This document shows, piece after piece, positions 24,424 to 36,276 of a stretch of DNA of 64,000 bases. Each line of letters opens with the position of its first letter. Position 1 is the first letter of the stretch. A program made the position numbers and the translations under genes. The notes below the pieces were generated by a model that saw only the letters and a list, made by a program, of their open reading frames with translations, was not told where the DNA came from and searched no databases. Location of the stretch: NCBI GenBank assembly GCA_951406725.2, contig OX597817.1, positions 141,174,001 through 141,238,000 on the forward strand, given 5' to 3'. This DNA is from Octopus vulgaris. Its lineage: Eukaryota.

Positions 24424-25527
24424 CTGCTGGGTCAGATGTGGAGGAATGTGACACTGCAGTTGTTGCAGGTGCAACTGTCATTCTAACACTAGCTGCACCA
24501 GCTGCTGCCTTCACTAAGTCTCCATTCACAGAACTGTTTGGGGCTGCTGATGTATCCATTGGTTCACCAGTACCAGCTTCTTTTTCCAGCTTCACTAAAT
24601 CATCCATAACTTTATTTTTAACCTGGTTCCCATCTTTGATGTCTGCTTCTGTTTTCAGCTTGGTACCACTGCCAGCAGTTTGAATGTCAGGTTTTGTCTC
24701 GACACCTTTCACAGCACCTTCACCTTCCACAGACTCCTTCTTCACTGAAGCCGATTCATTTTGAGATTCACTCTTCACACTAGCGGCCTCCTTAGGAGAA
24801 TTTGCTTTAGTTACTTCAAACATAATTTTAGTTAAGGTGGGGTCAGTGGTAGCCGTAGTGGTCGTCACAGGAAGACCTGCTACCACGCGCTCGGTTACTT
24901 TCACAGTTTTAAACGTTGTACTGTCCATGGTGACGGCCGATGTGGTAGAAACTGTAGGAATAGTTATCTTTGTAGTTTGGTCATTTGCCGAGGTGATAGC
25001 AGCACTTGGTAAGACTGTTATTGTGCTACCAGTAGTTCCAGTCTGGGTACTCTGCACACCAGCGGTCACTGGTCGACAATGGGCTTTTGTGATTGCACTT
25101 GTGCTCACAGCTGTTGTAGTGGTAGTGGAAACGTTTAGCTTTTCAACAGGACTAGGAGACGGTGGTACAGTAACTTTAGCTGATGTCACTGGTGTTGTAG
25201 GTGTGACACTAACTACCTGGGTCACTGCCGAACTGGGATTAACCAACGACGAAGCATTTTGAGGAGAAGGAAGAATAGAGATGCGGACTGGAGTAGCAGA
25301 AGACTGTGTAGTACTGCCAGTGAGGGAGGTGAGGGCCTTGACCGATGGAGTCACAGAAAGTTGCACACTTGTGGTTGCTGGCAACTGAGCCGTTGGATTT
25401 GGAGCTGGTTGAGCTACTATGGAGATGGTTGGTGTAGGATTTGAGACTGTTGGAAGGATAGATGTACCTGCTTTACTGGTGGCAGCTGTCATTACATTAC
25501 CAAGAGTGGATGTTGCCATGGACTGAG
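24424..25527 (-). CDS. HCFC1: HCF-1 large Thr/Ser/Pro-rich then charged exon (1104 nt)
   Basis: 368-codon open frame with tttcag/gtaagc boundaries; phase 1-1 matches both neighbours. Confidence 0.9.
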
Positions 25528-25623
25528 CTGAAAGAGGGAACAGGAGAGACAAGATTTTGAAAAGGATACAGAAAAAGAGAATTCAAAGTTTAAAAATAAT
25601 AAAGCTAATTAGAAATGATTTAC

Positions 25624-25926
25624 CCAACCCATGCTAGCATGGAAAACGGACGTTAAACAATGATGATGATGATGCTAGCATAGAAAACGAATGTTAAACA
25701 ATGATGATGATGATGATGATGCTAGCATGGAAAACGGACGTTAAACGATGATGATGATGATGATGCTAGCATAGAAACGGACTTTAAACGATGATGATGA
25801 TGCTAGCATGGAACACGGACGTTAAACGGTGATGATGATGATGATGCTAGCATGGAAAACGGACGTTAAACGATGATGATGATGCTAGCATAGAAAACGG
25901 ACGTTAAACGATGATGATGATGATGC
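25624..25926 (+). repeat. minisatellite of 7 copies of the RTE 3' terminus (GCTAGCATRGAAAACGGACGTTAAAC(GAT)n)
   Basis: Directly visible tandem array with a variable GAT count per unit. Confidence 0.95.
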
Positions 25927-26129
25927 TCTTATAATTCTGTTGAAACATGTTACCTTTGTTTCCATTAATTTTGAAAGTAACGAAGAATTCAGTAAATTAA
26001 CGTTGTTACTAATTAAAGCTGATGTTTGAAACATAAATTAACATCAAATTTTTCAGGAAGGTTTTAATTTACACCTCTTTAAAACAAGGTATGTGTAGTG
26101 TGAAACTAGAGGTGGTCTCAGGTGAGTCG

Positions 26130-26458
26130 TATCATCATCATCATCATCGTTTAACGTCCGCTTTCCGTGCTAGCATGGGTTGGACAGTTCAATCTGGGTC
26201 TGGGAAGCCAGGAAGCTGCACCAGGCTCCAGTCTGATCTGGCAGTGTTTCTACAGCTGGATGCCCTTCCTAACACCAACCACTCCGTGAGAGTAGTGAGT
26301 GCTTTTTATGTGCCAGGGGAGGCTGGCAATGGCCACGATCGGTCGGTGCTTTTTACGTGCCACCTCCACGGAAGCCAGTCAAGGTGGTGCCGGCATCGGC
26401 CATGTACGGATGGTGCATTTTACGTGTCACCGTTACAGGTGCCAGGGGAGGCTGGAAA
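26130..26458 (-). repeat. RTE 3' UTR fragment
   Basis: (CAT)n followed by gtttaacgtccgctttcc.... Confidence 0.9.
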
Positions 26459-26671
26459 CATACGTGTAAAAATAGTTTATTAGATAATAATAATAAAAAC
26501 GTTTTCAAATTTTAGCACAAGGCTAGCAATTCTTTATGGGAAGGGGCAGCTGATTACATCTACACCTAATACTTTATTTATTGACTCAAAACAAAGGAAG
26601 GCAAAGTTGACCTCGAAGGGATTTGAACTCAGAACATAAAAAATAAATGGTGAGAATCTAGAAATGGTTAC

Positions 26672-26803
26672 CTGAAGTGGTAAGAATAGTTACGACAGGC
26701 TTTGAAGCTGATGTTCCTCCTGCTGATACAATCTGGGCAGTTGATCCTCCAGAAGCAAGCGAAGATGCTAACTGAGATGCTGTCAAAGTGATTGGTTTAC
26801 TTC
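26672..26803 (-). CDS. HCFC1: HCF-1 exon
   Basis: Encodes GSKPITLTASQLASSLASGGSTAQIVSAGGTSASKPVVTILTTS; tag/gtaacc boundaries; phase 1-1. Confidence 0.88.
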
Positions 26804-27127
26804 CTATAAAACAAACAAATATATATACATATATATATATGGTCACTATTACTACGACCAACAGTCACTGCTACTACTGCTATTTCGGCCACTGGTCATT
26901 TCCCCAACTTTATTCAACACATAAGGCAGCTATTATGCTTCCTCCCCACAAAAAAACCACCATGTGGATTCTATTGAGACTAGTAAGAAACAATTATGAA
27001 CTTTTTTATTACACTTAACTTTTTAAAATATTTTTGATAAGGTTCGTTTTACCAAGAACCGAAACATGTAAAATTTCTAAGAAAATTAAAATTTATCTTA
27101 TATAGTGGCATTTTCAAACTTCTTTTT

Positions 27128-27174
<47 letters not shown>

Positions 27175-28039
27175 ATATATATACATACATACAAAAGAGG
27201 TGGGGGGTGTTTCCATACAGGTAAAATATAGGGAAATGTGTTGTTGAAAATGCACCTAAATTTCAAAAACTCATAATTGTTTAAAATACATTTATCCTTA
27301 AAATACATTTATACATTTACATATATACCAAACTAGTTTGAAACAATATTTTTTGTTTATCAATGGTAAAAGTTTAAAATTATGAATTAGAAAAACATCT
27401 TTAAAAGTTTCAATGTTGACAAATTAACATGTTCAAAACAAATTTAGCATTATGAATTAGGAGGACACGTGCAAGTTCTAATGTTCATAGCAGTCAATAA
27501 TATTAAAACTGTATATCAATTTGTTTGAATGTACAAAGTTCATTAATATTAGTGGAGGTCGACAAGTAATACTCAGTTAAGAGGGAAAAAAACAAGGAAG
27601 AAATGAAAACAGCAAAAAAAGAATTTGGTTTACAGTTTCCGTAGGAGCTTTCGCTTGTAGTGGTATGTTTTGGGATCAGATGCATTTACAATTTTTTCCA
27701 CGAGTGGGTCTGATTTTTAATTTGGTAAAATACTCTCTCAACGCAGAAAAATATAATTAATTTAGCCACAAGCACCATGTCTTCTCCAATAAGAGCAGCA
27801 CGCTCTTAATCATATGACTTTCTACATATTATTGAAGTGATGGTAGCATCACATCCTTGTAAATGTGAATAAATTTACAATGAATGAACTGACGAAGATT
27901 GTAAGGATTGTTACGCAAATAACAAAATCTCAGCATTTTCTTACCCAATTACATTTTAAATGTTTTTGAGTGTTTCTGCTTGTTGTGTTCTTCCAATCAT
28001 TTCTTTTCACTTATCTTTCAAACACCTACATCATAGGTG

Positions 28040-28700
28040 TATAATGCATGACAGTCTGGGATAGGGGTGTAACCAGTCCACTTATGCGTGCCTCTTCTTC
28101 ACTGGACACTAAACTCTGCTTGTGAAGACCAGTTGAGGCAAGTGAAATCGAAGTCGAAATCAAACTTGGTGGCTGGCATCCGTTGCTAGTGGAGTGCTAA
28201 GAGTACCATACGAGTGAGATGGTTGCCAGAGCAACAAGGTAGCCTTTGTGCTGATGGCATGTGGCTGGCATCCGTTGCTAGTGGAGTGCTAAGAGTACCA
28301 TACGAGTGAGATGGTTGCCAGAGCAACAAGGTAGCCTTTGTGCTGATGGCATGTTTAAGCACACCATTCAAGTGTGATTGTTATTGCGTCGCCTTACTAG
28401 CACTTGTGCTGGTGGCATGTAAAACATTCGAGCGAGGTCGTCGCCAGTGCCACTGGACTGGCTCCTGTGCAGGTGGCATGTTAAAAGCACCATTTGGGCG
28501 TAGCCATTGCCAGTACCACCAAACTGGCTCTCGTGCCGGTGGCACGTAAAAGCACCCACTACACTCTCCAAGTAGTTGGCATTGGGAAGGGCATCCAGCT
28601 GTAGAAACTCTGCCAGATCAGATCGGAGTCTGGTTCGCCAGACCTCAGTCAAATCGTCCAACCCATGCTCGCATGGAAAGCGGACGTTAAATGATGATGA
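28040..28700 (+). repeat. RTE 3' UTR fragment with a 92-nt tandem duplication
   Basis: 28169-28260 is repeated at 28261-28352. Confidence 0.88.
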
Positions 28701-29265
28701 TACTCACTCGGATTTAACAAATATGTGTAGGAAGACGGAGACAGAAAGAGATACACATCTATCATTTATAAGTCTCTCTCGTCAGAATTCAATACAGGGT
28801 GCTTGGTTTTCTTCCCTAGCTATTTTCTGCAACTCCAGCAGTCCCATTCATATTTTCTTTCCATTCTAGAATATATAGCAAGTGTACCTGTCATTTTATC
28901 TGAACTTTCAAGGCGTATATTTTATAATCATGATGTCCATTGTTGAGTTAGGCAGTGTTAACTTTAACAAATTTCATTTACCGTAACCTTGAGGCAACGA
29001 AGCCTCAGGAATTAAACAGAGGGGATGGAAAACACGTTGGCAGCCCTTCAGCTCTGGCGCACACAATGACTGGATATTTTTTGTCCTTCAGTTGCTCATA
29101 AATGTACAATACCCAGTAGAATACTCAGCAACATAAACTATTATAGTATAAGTAGGCAGATTGCTGAAATAGAACACTTAAAGTGTAAAGAGACAAAGAC
29201 CTGTTTTACAATATACAAGCACATACACATATGTGTATGTACATGTATCTATGCATCCCTCTCTT

Positions 29266-29296
<31 letters not shown>

Positions 29297-30204
29297 CCAA
29301 ATCTCAGTCAAACCGTCCAACCCATGCCAGCATAGAAAACGGATGTTAATCAATGTTGATAATGATAATACATATATATACATATATAAACATCATCATC
29401 GTTTAACGTCTGTTTTCCATGCTAGCAAAGGTTGGACGATTCAACCGGGGTCTGGGAAAGCAGGAGGCTGCACCAGGCTCCAGTTTGATCTGGCAGTGTT
29501 TCTACAGCTGGATGCCTTTCCTAACGCCAACCACTCTGTGAGTGTAGTGGGTGCTTTTTACGTGCCACCGGCACAGGTGCCAGAGGAGCCTGGCAACGAC
29601 CACAATCGGTTGGTGCTTTTTACGTGCCACCGGCATGGAAGCCAGTCAAGGCGGTGCTGGCATTGGCCACGTTCGGAAGGTGCTTTTTACGTGCCACCGG
29701 CACAGGTATCACAACTACAATTTCCATTTGATATTTATTTTTATGTTGATGTACTAGACTCAATAGGTCTCCTGAAGCACAGCAGGTCATGTGCCAACAT
29801 GTCCAAATTAAATCACCAGCCAAGCAGACATGTGTAAATATATAAAGAAGTTACAAAAGAGATTTAAAGGCTGAGCGTAATAAATGATATGCACAAAACA
29901 ACTCATGAGCCACTTCTCAAACTTTCTGCCAATTATAAATAATTTGATACATTTATCCATTTAGTTTCATTTAATTTTGAAAATAATAATCTATTCCTGA
30001 GCGTTATACTAATACATCTCTTTGCTTTGTACACCACTTGTCTTCATCTTTTGTTTTTTTCGTAAACTCTCCTTATTAAAATGGTGTTTGGAATATAAAC
30101 ATGGAATTTGTATGCTGGGAGGAACTAGGGGCAGTTTTGAGTAGATTGCTATCAAAAAGGTTGTGGCCCTTCCCATAAGCGAATGGCAAACAAATATTAC
30201 TCAC

Positions 30205-30463
30205 CTACAACTCCTCCGGCCCCGCTGCCAGGCTGAGGGCTAACTACAATGAACTGAGTGTTTCCTCCACCACTCAACTTGGGCACAGAAGTGATAATCT
30301 TAGTTGGGGTACCAAAACTACCAGCTTGGCCTTTAGGAGCAGCAATAACAATTGTCTTTGTGCCCGGAGTTGTACTGGTTAAGGCTCCACCAGATTTAGC
30401 CATCGATATCAGAGATGTTGGTATGGTCTTGATGATAGTGTTGACAGATTTTGATGTTGAAGT
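30205..30463 (-). CDS. HCFC1: HCF-1 exon (basic region)
   Basis: Encodes TSTSKSVNTIIKTIPTSLISMAKS...TPTKIITSVPKL...; tag/gtgagt boundaries. Confidence 0.92.
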
Positions 30464-30600
30464 CTACAGGAAAAGAAATATTTAAGTCAATGCACTATTC
30501 TTGACAGCAATATAATATGATCAATAACTGATCAATACAATGATATAATCAATAATAACAATATGATCACTAACTAATTAATACACAGTAATATATTGAT

Positions 30601-30990
30601 ACTAGATGTACCTGCCACAACCTGCTGGGTCGCAATATCATGCCAAGGTGAAAATGTCGATGCAAAGTGGAAAAGGACAAAAATACTATTTTGAACTCCA
30701 TGCAATAAAATTCTTAAATAATACTGTTCCCCTGCGTTTGGTGAGATAACATAAACACGACCATGTGTTTCCTCTTTGAAAAAGTTCAAATGGCATTCAA
30801 CTTTTTCCCCCTCACTTTCTTCTTTGCCATTCTTTATTACTACTATTCCAAGTGAAATACATGGGTACTTTCAGTATAAAGTAATGTTTTTGCAAAGTTA
30901 TCACTGATGCACAAAAGAAAGAATTATGCTGTCTCTTATAAAACCATCCTTTCCTGAATATGTGCTGCTGAGACTGGAGTACGTCTAACA
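30601..30990 (-). mobile_element. Helitron RepHel remnant
   Basis: GRVYVISPNAGEQYYLRILLH resembles the conserved Helitron GR..VSP...E.YYLRLLL motif. CTAG end at 30602-30605. Confidence 0.65.
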
Positions 30991-31206
30991 TGCCTGTGTG
31001 TTTTTTTTTATAACATCAGATATAGTAATTGGTTCACCTTAACCTAAATGTGAAGTACTGACCCCAAACACTTGGGTGTTTGATGTGAGAACTTTAAGAT
31101 TTAATGCAATAGAGGTTTAAACTACCTAAACCATTTGTTAAACAGAATTCCAAAATTAGAAACCTTTGAAAGTATATGAATGAAAAATAGAAATAAAATT
31201 GTTGAC

Positions 31207-31353
31207 CTGTGGTTGGACACTGCTAATGCCAAGGATTGTAGATGGAGTAGCGCCAGGATTGCTGCTTGTTATTATAGTCGTTGGTTTACCACTTCCAGCT
31301 TGAGTGGTCACTAGTTTTACAATAGTGGCTCCTTGAGGTAATGGAGTTTTTGT
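31207..31353 (-). CDS. HCFC1: HCF-1 exon (basic region; absent from the ORF track)
   Basis: Encodes TKTPLPQGATIVKLVTTQAGSGKPTTIITSSNPGATPSTILGISSVQPQ (compare HCF-1 PLPAGTILKLVT..GKPTTIIT..PTILGISSV); cag/gtcaac boundaries. Confidence 0.92.
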
Positions 31354-31608
31354 CTGAAATGAGGTGAGGGAGAGAAAAAGAGAATCGAATTAACTTCTAA
31401 ACTGATAAAAGAAACACACTCAATGTAAATGTAGATAAATATGAGGTTTGCTCACAGAGGACACACAATTAAAATTTACCAAAGTTACAAAATTACCTCG
31501 ATGGTTTAGACATTAACAAATTGATGAAACTATCTTTTCCATAATTCACTCATACTAAAACACAAAAAGACAACTATAAAGGGAATATAAAAATGAAAAT
31601 CCAATTAC

Positions 31609-31793
31609 TGTAGCAACAGTCATTCCTTGCGTGGTCTTTACAAGTGTCACAATCTGGGGTTGACTCGATGCTGTTCCGGTTTTATGGACTGTTATTATTT
31701 GTTTTGTACCAGCACCAATGCCAGCTCCGGCTTTTAATACTGTAGCACCAGGAGTAGCTACTCGCACTGTTTGGGTGCCAGGGATGAGTTGCC
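31609..31793 (-). CDS. HCFC1: HCF-1 exon (basic region)
   Basis: Encodes GQLIPGTQTVRVATPG...KQIITVHKTGTASSQPQIVTLVKTTQGMTVAT; tag/gtaatt boundaries. Confidence 0.9.
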
Positions 31794-31935
31794 CTATAAC
31801 AGCAAAAACATGGATAACACTTTGAAACCTGCATTACAACAGAAGAGTCTATAAACTTTCAATAATAAATTCCCACAAGGAGGACAAGCGCACACTTTTC
31901 AAGAAGACATTATAACAGAGATGCTCAATATTTAA

Positions 31936-32157
31936 CCCTTTCGTTACCGTATTTATTTTGAGATGCTATGTGTTTCATTCAATTAATTTTAAATATAACA
32001 AAGAACTTAGTAAAAGAACTTAGTTATCATTAAGCTAGTGTTAAGAACATAAATTGTGACTAAGGTTTGGTGGAAGATTTTAATTCAATACTTATGAAAG
32101 TAAGACATTTAAACTACAGAGCCAGAGGCGGTTCTGGCCGGGTTGGTATCAAAAGGG
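31936..32157. mobile_element. piggyBac-like MITE
   Basis: TTAA TSD with TIRs CCCTTTCGTTACC...GGTATCAAAAGGG. Relatives at about 34800-35015 and 43141-43358. Confidence 0.85.
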
Positions 32158-32219
32158 TTAAAGTGGTTCCATTTTGAAATTACTTTTATTTTTGTTTTTT
32201 AAATTTTGCACCCATAATG

Positions 32220-32935
32220 ATAACACCTGATCATAAGAAGTGCTAGTAGTAAAGAGCAGTTAATATTTGGATTTACACCAACATTTGTCAGTAAAACAAT
32301 GCCTATCTTTTCTGAGGAGTGGGAAACAAAAAAATTAGATAATGGTGCCATGAAAATTTATAAAGATAAAAGACAATCTCAAAAGGATTCACTCTGATTT
32401 AAAAAAAAAAAGAACAGCAACAATGAAGATCTTTGTTCTTTGGAGCATTGAAAGAAACGGTTATGAAGCAGCCAATAAAGTTACCAATGGAGATTAAGCA
32501 GGGTTGAAGGCACCACTCTTAATATAAGCAAGTAAAAATCATCTACAATTTATGGCAACATAATCAAATGAGCTATTAGAGATGTAAGTGAAACAAAGAA
32601 AGACTTGGCCTATTTTAAATCTTTAAATGCAACGATAGTAAGTCAATGGACTAATGAAATGGTCATTGTTGTCGAGAAGACTCCAGGATCAGAGCTTGAA
32701 CATTGTAAGTTTTCTAGCCAACTTAATGAATCAACATTTTATAATTTAAATATTCTCGTGCTCTATGTGAGGTATAATAGCCAAATCTTAAAGGAAAATG
32801 AATTATCCTACAGCTGATGCAGCAGGGGAGACAATTTTGCAATGCCAAAAGGATTATTTGAAAGACTTAAATGTTGCTCGTGAGATTAAGACAGTGGTTA
32901 TAGTTTTAATTTTATTTTAGAAATTTATGTGAGAG
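32220..32935 (+). mobile_element. hAT (Buster/SCAND3-like) transposase remnant
   Basis: KFSSQLNESTF.NLNILVLYVRY resembles the FSLQLDEST...LLVYVRY motif; heavily decayed. Confidence 0.6.
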
Positions 32936-33187
32936 TTGATGATATAAGAATTTTACCAACCCCTACTCTAAGCAGTCACAAAATTGGTTAGAAATGGGAG
33001 CCAAGTATCCCTCAATTCACATCATATAATTTTAAACAGAGAAAGGTTACACTAGATAATGTAGTTCTAGATACACTTGACCAGAAAAAAAAAAAAACTA
33101 TGTTGACATTAGGGGTGCCTTTGATCCTAGCCCTGTTGGATCAAGGCCAAGCTGGAGCTAACACCACACACAGACTGAAGCACTTAC

Positions 33188-33368
33188 CAGCGATCTGTTT
33201 TCCTTGGACATTAGCCATTTTCATTCCAGAGGTCACAATAGATGGAGTAACAACTTTAATACCAGAGACAGGAGTAGTGGTTGTACTAGTTGTACCAGGA
33301 ATCTTCTGGGTGGCTGCAGCAGCAGCTGCTAGGGCAGCTATACCGGTCATTTGACCTCCAGCAGTAGT
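33188..33368 (-). CDS. HCFC1: HCF-1 exon (start of basic region)
   Basis: Encodes TTAGGQMTGIAALAAAAAATQKIP..., the conserved HCF ALAAAAAATQKI motif; cag/gtaagt boundaries. Confidence 0.93.
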
Positions 33369-34563
33369 CTGAAAAGGAATGATCGAGTGGAAACCTTCAG
33401 AATGGACGTTTTACAAAATTTACAACTTCACCAACAAAAGACAAAATGATGGTTTCAGATTTTAGTTTTTGGAGAAAGGAAGAGAGTCACTGATGACAAT
33501 GATGATGGATACCCCAAAAGGAGTAAAGAGCTTAACAGTGTTTATATCTAACATGGAAAAATGGAAGTTGATGTCATCTGTGAGGAACTGAACAGAAAGA
33601 AATGAAATGCCAAATGACAAAACAGTTCTTTGCGTTTTACCATCTCAAACAACAGGAAAGTTATAGAACTCGTTGAGTTATGAAAATGGTTATAAGAAAC
33701 ATGATATATGACTGGCATCCGTGCTAGTGGGGTGCAAAGAGCATCATGCGAGGGTGATCGTTGACAGAGTGGCTAACCGGCTTCCGTGCCAGTGGTACAT
33801 AAAAGGGCAACATTCGAGTGTGATCGTTACCAGCATCACCTTACTGGCACCTGTGCCAGTGGCATGTGTAAAAAGATTTGAGCGAGATTGTTGCCAGTAC
33901 TGCCTGACTGGCCCCGTGCCGGTGGCACGTAAAAAGCACCCACTACACTCTCAGAGTGGTTGGCATTAGGAAGGGCATCCAGCTGTAGAAACACTGCCAG
34001 ATCAAGATTGGAGCCTGGTGCGGCTGTCTGGTTCGCTAGCCCTCAGTCAAAATCGTCCAACCCATGCTAGCATGGAGAGCGGACATTATGATAATTTCTT
34101 GCTTTTATTAAGCATGGAAGGTGGACATAAAATGACCAAGAAGTTTGCATCCCAACCATGTGTTTCAGGTTCCGTAGCCTGAAGTCAAGCAAAGCCTTGA
34201 GAGTGGCTACTCCAAGTAAAAAGACACTTGTGGTGTATTATACCAAGACAAACACAACACACCACACCTACTTATCACTTTTCAACTTCCATTAATGTTA
34301 CAACAAAAATCACAAAGTGATAAATAGAAGGTATGTGTATAGAAAATATATAATAAACTAAACCTCATATGTCCTGCTATAAGAACCCAGAAATAAAGTT
34401 AGCTAATAAAGAAAAACATCCTTATGCTCCTGGCAAAAATAAGTTATGGGAAAGTATAAAGTTACAAGTGAGGGAGTAATTAGATTTTGTTTGCTCAACA
34501 GAGGCTATTCTGGTTTCAAAGAATTAGACAAGTGTGCAAAGAAACTGTCCAACTATTACTTAC

Positions 34564-34679
34564 AGTAATTCCCTTTTGGCCGAGAGTTAGTATCTGAGGA
34601 GATGAGGCAGACACAACACGAATTGCACTCGAACCCGCATTGATACTTACAGGAGTTTTCTGTCTGATTGCAGCATTTA
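34564..34679 (-). CDS. HCFC1: HCF-1 exon (low complexity; absent from the ORF track)
   Basis: ttctag/gtaagt boundaries. Encodes VNAAIRQKTPVSINAGSSAIRVVSASSPQILTLGQKGIT; phases 1-0 bridge the flanking exons. Confidence 0.8.
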
Positions 34680-35032
34680 CTAGAAATAAAAAGTTACGAA
34701 ATGATTTTTAAAAAGTGCTAAACGCTTTATTCTGAAATTTAATATAACAATTTCAATGAAACCCCTTTGTATTTCTATGAAAAATATTTTTCATTCAATT
34801 CTTGTTACCAACTCACCTGAGATCATCCCTGGTTCAATGATACAATTTACCTATTTCAAAATAATCTAAATTAAAAACTTGCATCAAAATTTCAGGTTAC
34901 TTTATATTCCAAACATCAACCTAATGAGGACTGTATTTCACAAAGTATTTCATTGTTTTCAAAATGAATTGCAATAAAGGTACTGTATTTCAAAACAAAT
35001 ACGGTACCAAAAGGGTTAAAGAAACCTACATA

Positions 35033-35382
35033 TCTCTGTATATATAAATGGCAAAATGTCTGCGTGTATGTCCTTTATACAAATCCACAATTTTCACAGT
35101 TAGAGGGCTCGCACTTTCTATGGTCATTCAAAACCGTCCAAGGGTGGTTGTATACATCTTTACATTTCCTCAATCACCCCGCAAAGCCATTAAAAAATCA
35201 ATAGAAGTGACTTTCTTGTGAATTTTCTATCCAAAACCCAATCAAAATGCCTGAAACTTGATATGCTAGCTGTATGTGATTGGTCGGAGATTTGGACAGT
35301 AGTCGCATATATATGCGCACGCACGCAGCTGCATATGCATGCACTAGCACTATGACCCAGCAACGCCGGGTCATAGTGCTAG
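35033..35382 (+). mobile_element. non-autonomous Helitron
   Basis: A|TC...CTAG|T ends; terminal palindrome ctagcactatgaccc-agcaacgcc-gggtcatagtgctag. Confidence 0.85.
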
Positions 35383-35860
35383 TTAATGGTAAGTATGTTC
35401 ATGAAACACGAAGAGCATTATAAAGATAACTAGAAATAATTATGTGATGACTATTGTTTTATATAAATATCTATATTTGGGTCCAGTGCAATTTAAACTT
35501 TACTTTGTGACAAGCATTTAAAACACCAATTGTATTTCCATTCAAATATTGTACTTGTATCTTTTGTTGGGATCCATAATCCCAAGTTTGAGAGTTACAG
35601 AATAGATGTAGAAAACAGAACAAAACATGGCAGATGGCTTATAACATACAGTTTGTTTTTGTTTTGTTTATAAAATAGTTTATTCGGCAAATATGGAAGA
35701 CAATCCAAGAGGTTTTAATTTTATTTTGATGCCAGAAACCAAACATTCAGCAAGACTTATCATTAATGAAAAAAGAGCAATTAAAATCAAGGCTATAAAA
35801 AGATATACAAATGTATAAACTTAGATGATTTTAGACGCTTCATGGTATATGAATAGGACA

Positions 35861-36276
35861 AGGCGACGAGCTGGCAGAATCGTTAGCACGCTGGGCAAAA
35901 TGCATAGCCGTATTTCGTCTGCCATTACATTCTGAGTTCAAATTCCGCCGAGGTCGACTTTGCCTTTCATCCTTTTGGAGTCGATAAATTAAGTACTAGT
36001 TACGCACTGGGGTCGATATAATCGACTTAATCCGTTCGTCCGTCCTTGTTTGTCCTCTCTGTGTTTAGCCCCTTGTGGGTAGTAAAGAAATAGGTATTTC
36101 ATCTGCCGTTACGTTCTGAGTTCAAATTCCGCCGAGGTTGACTTTGCCTTTCATCCTTTCGGGGTCGATTAAATAAGTACCAGTTATGCACTGGGATCAA
36201 TATAATTGACATAATCCATTTGTTTGTCCCTGTTTGTCCTCTCTGAGTTTAGCCCCTTGTGTGTAGTAAAGAAATA
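35861..36276 (+). mobile_element. dimeric family A SINE
   Basis: A full unit followed by a headless second unit. 17-nt TSD ggtatatgaataggaca at 35844-35860 and 36277-36293. Confidence 0.9.

Noticed and set aside
24837-25262. Plus-strand Val-rich ORFs over HCF-1 exons (also 17310-17558, 30258-30485, 33100-33354)
   Set aside because: They are antisense shadows of Thr/Ala-rich coding exons.
27300-29130. Possible decayed hAT-like transposase on the minus strand
   Set aside because: Only vague motif similarity; cannot be supported without a search.
31497-31555. Possible extra HCF-1 mini-exon (ag...gtaatt)
   Set aside because: It has an in-frame stop, and the flanking exons already join in phase.
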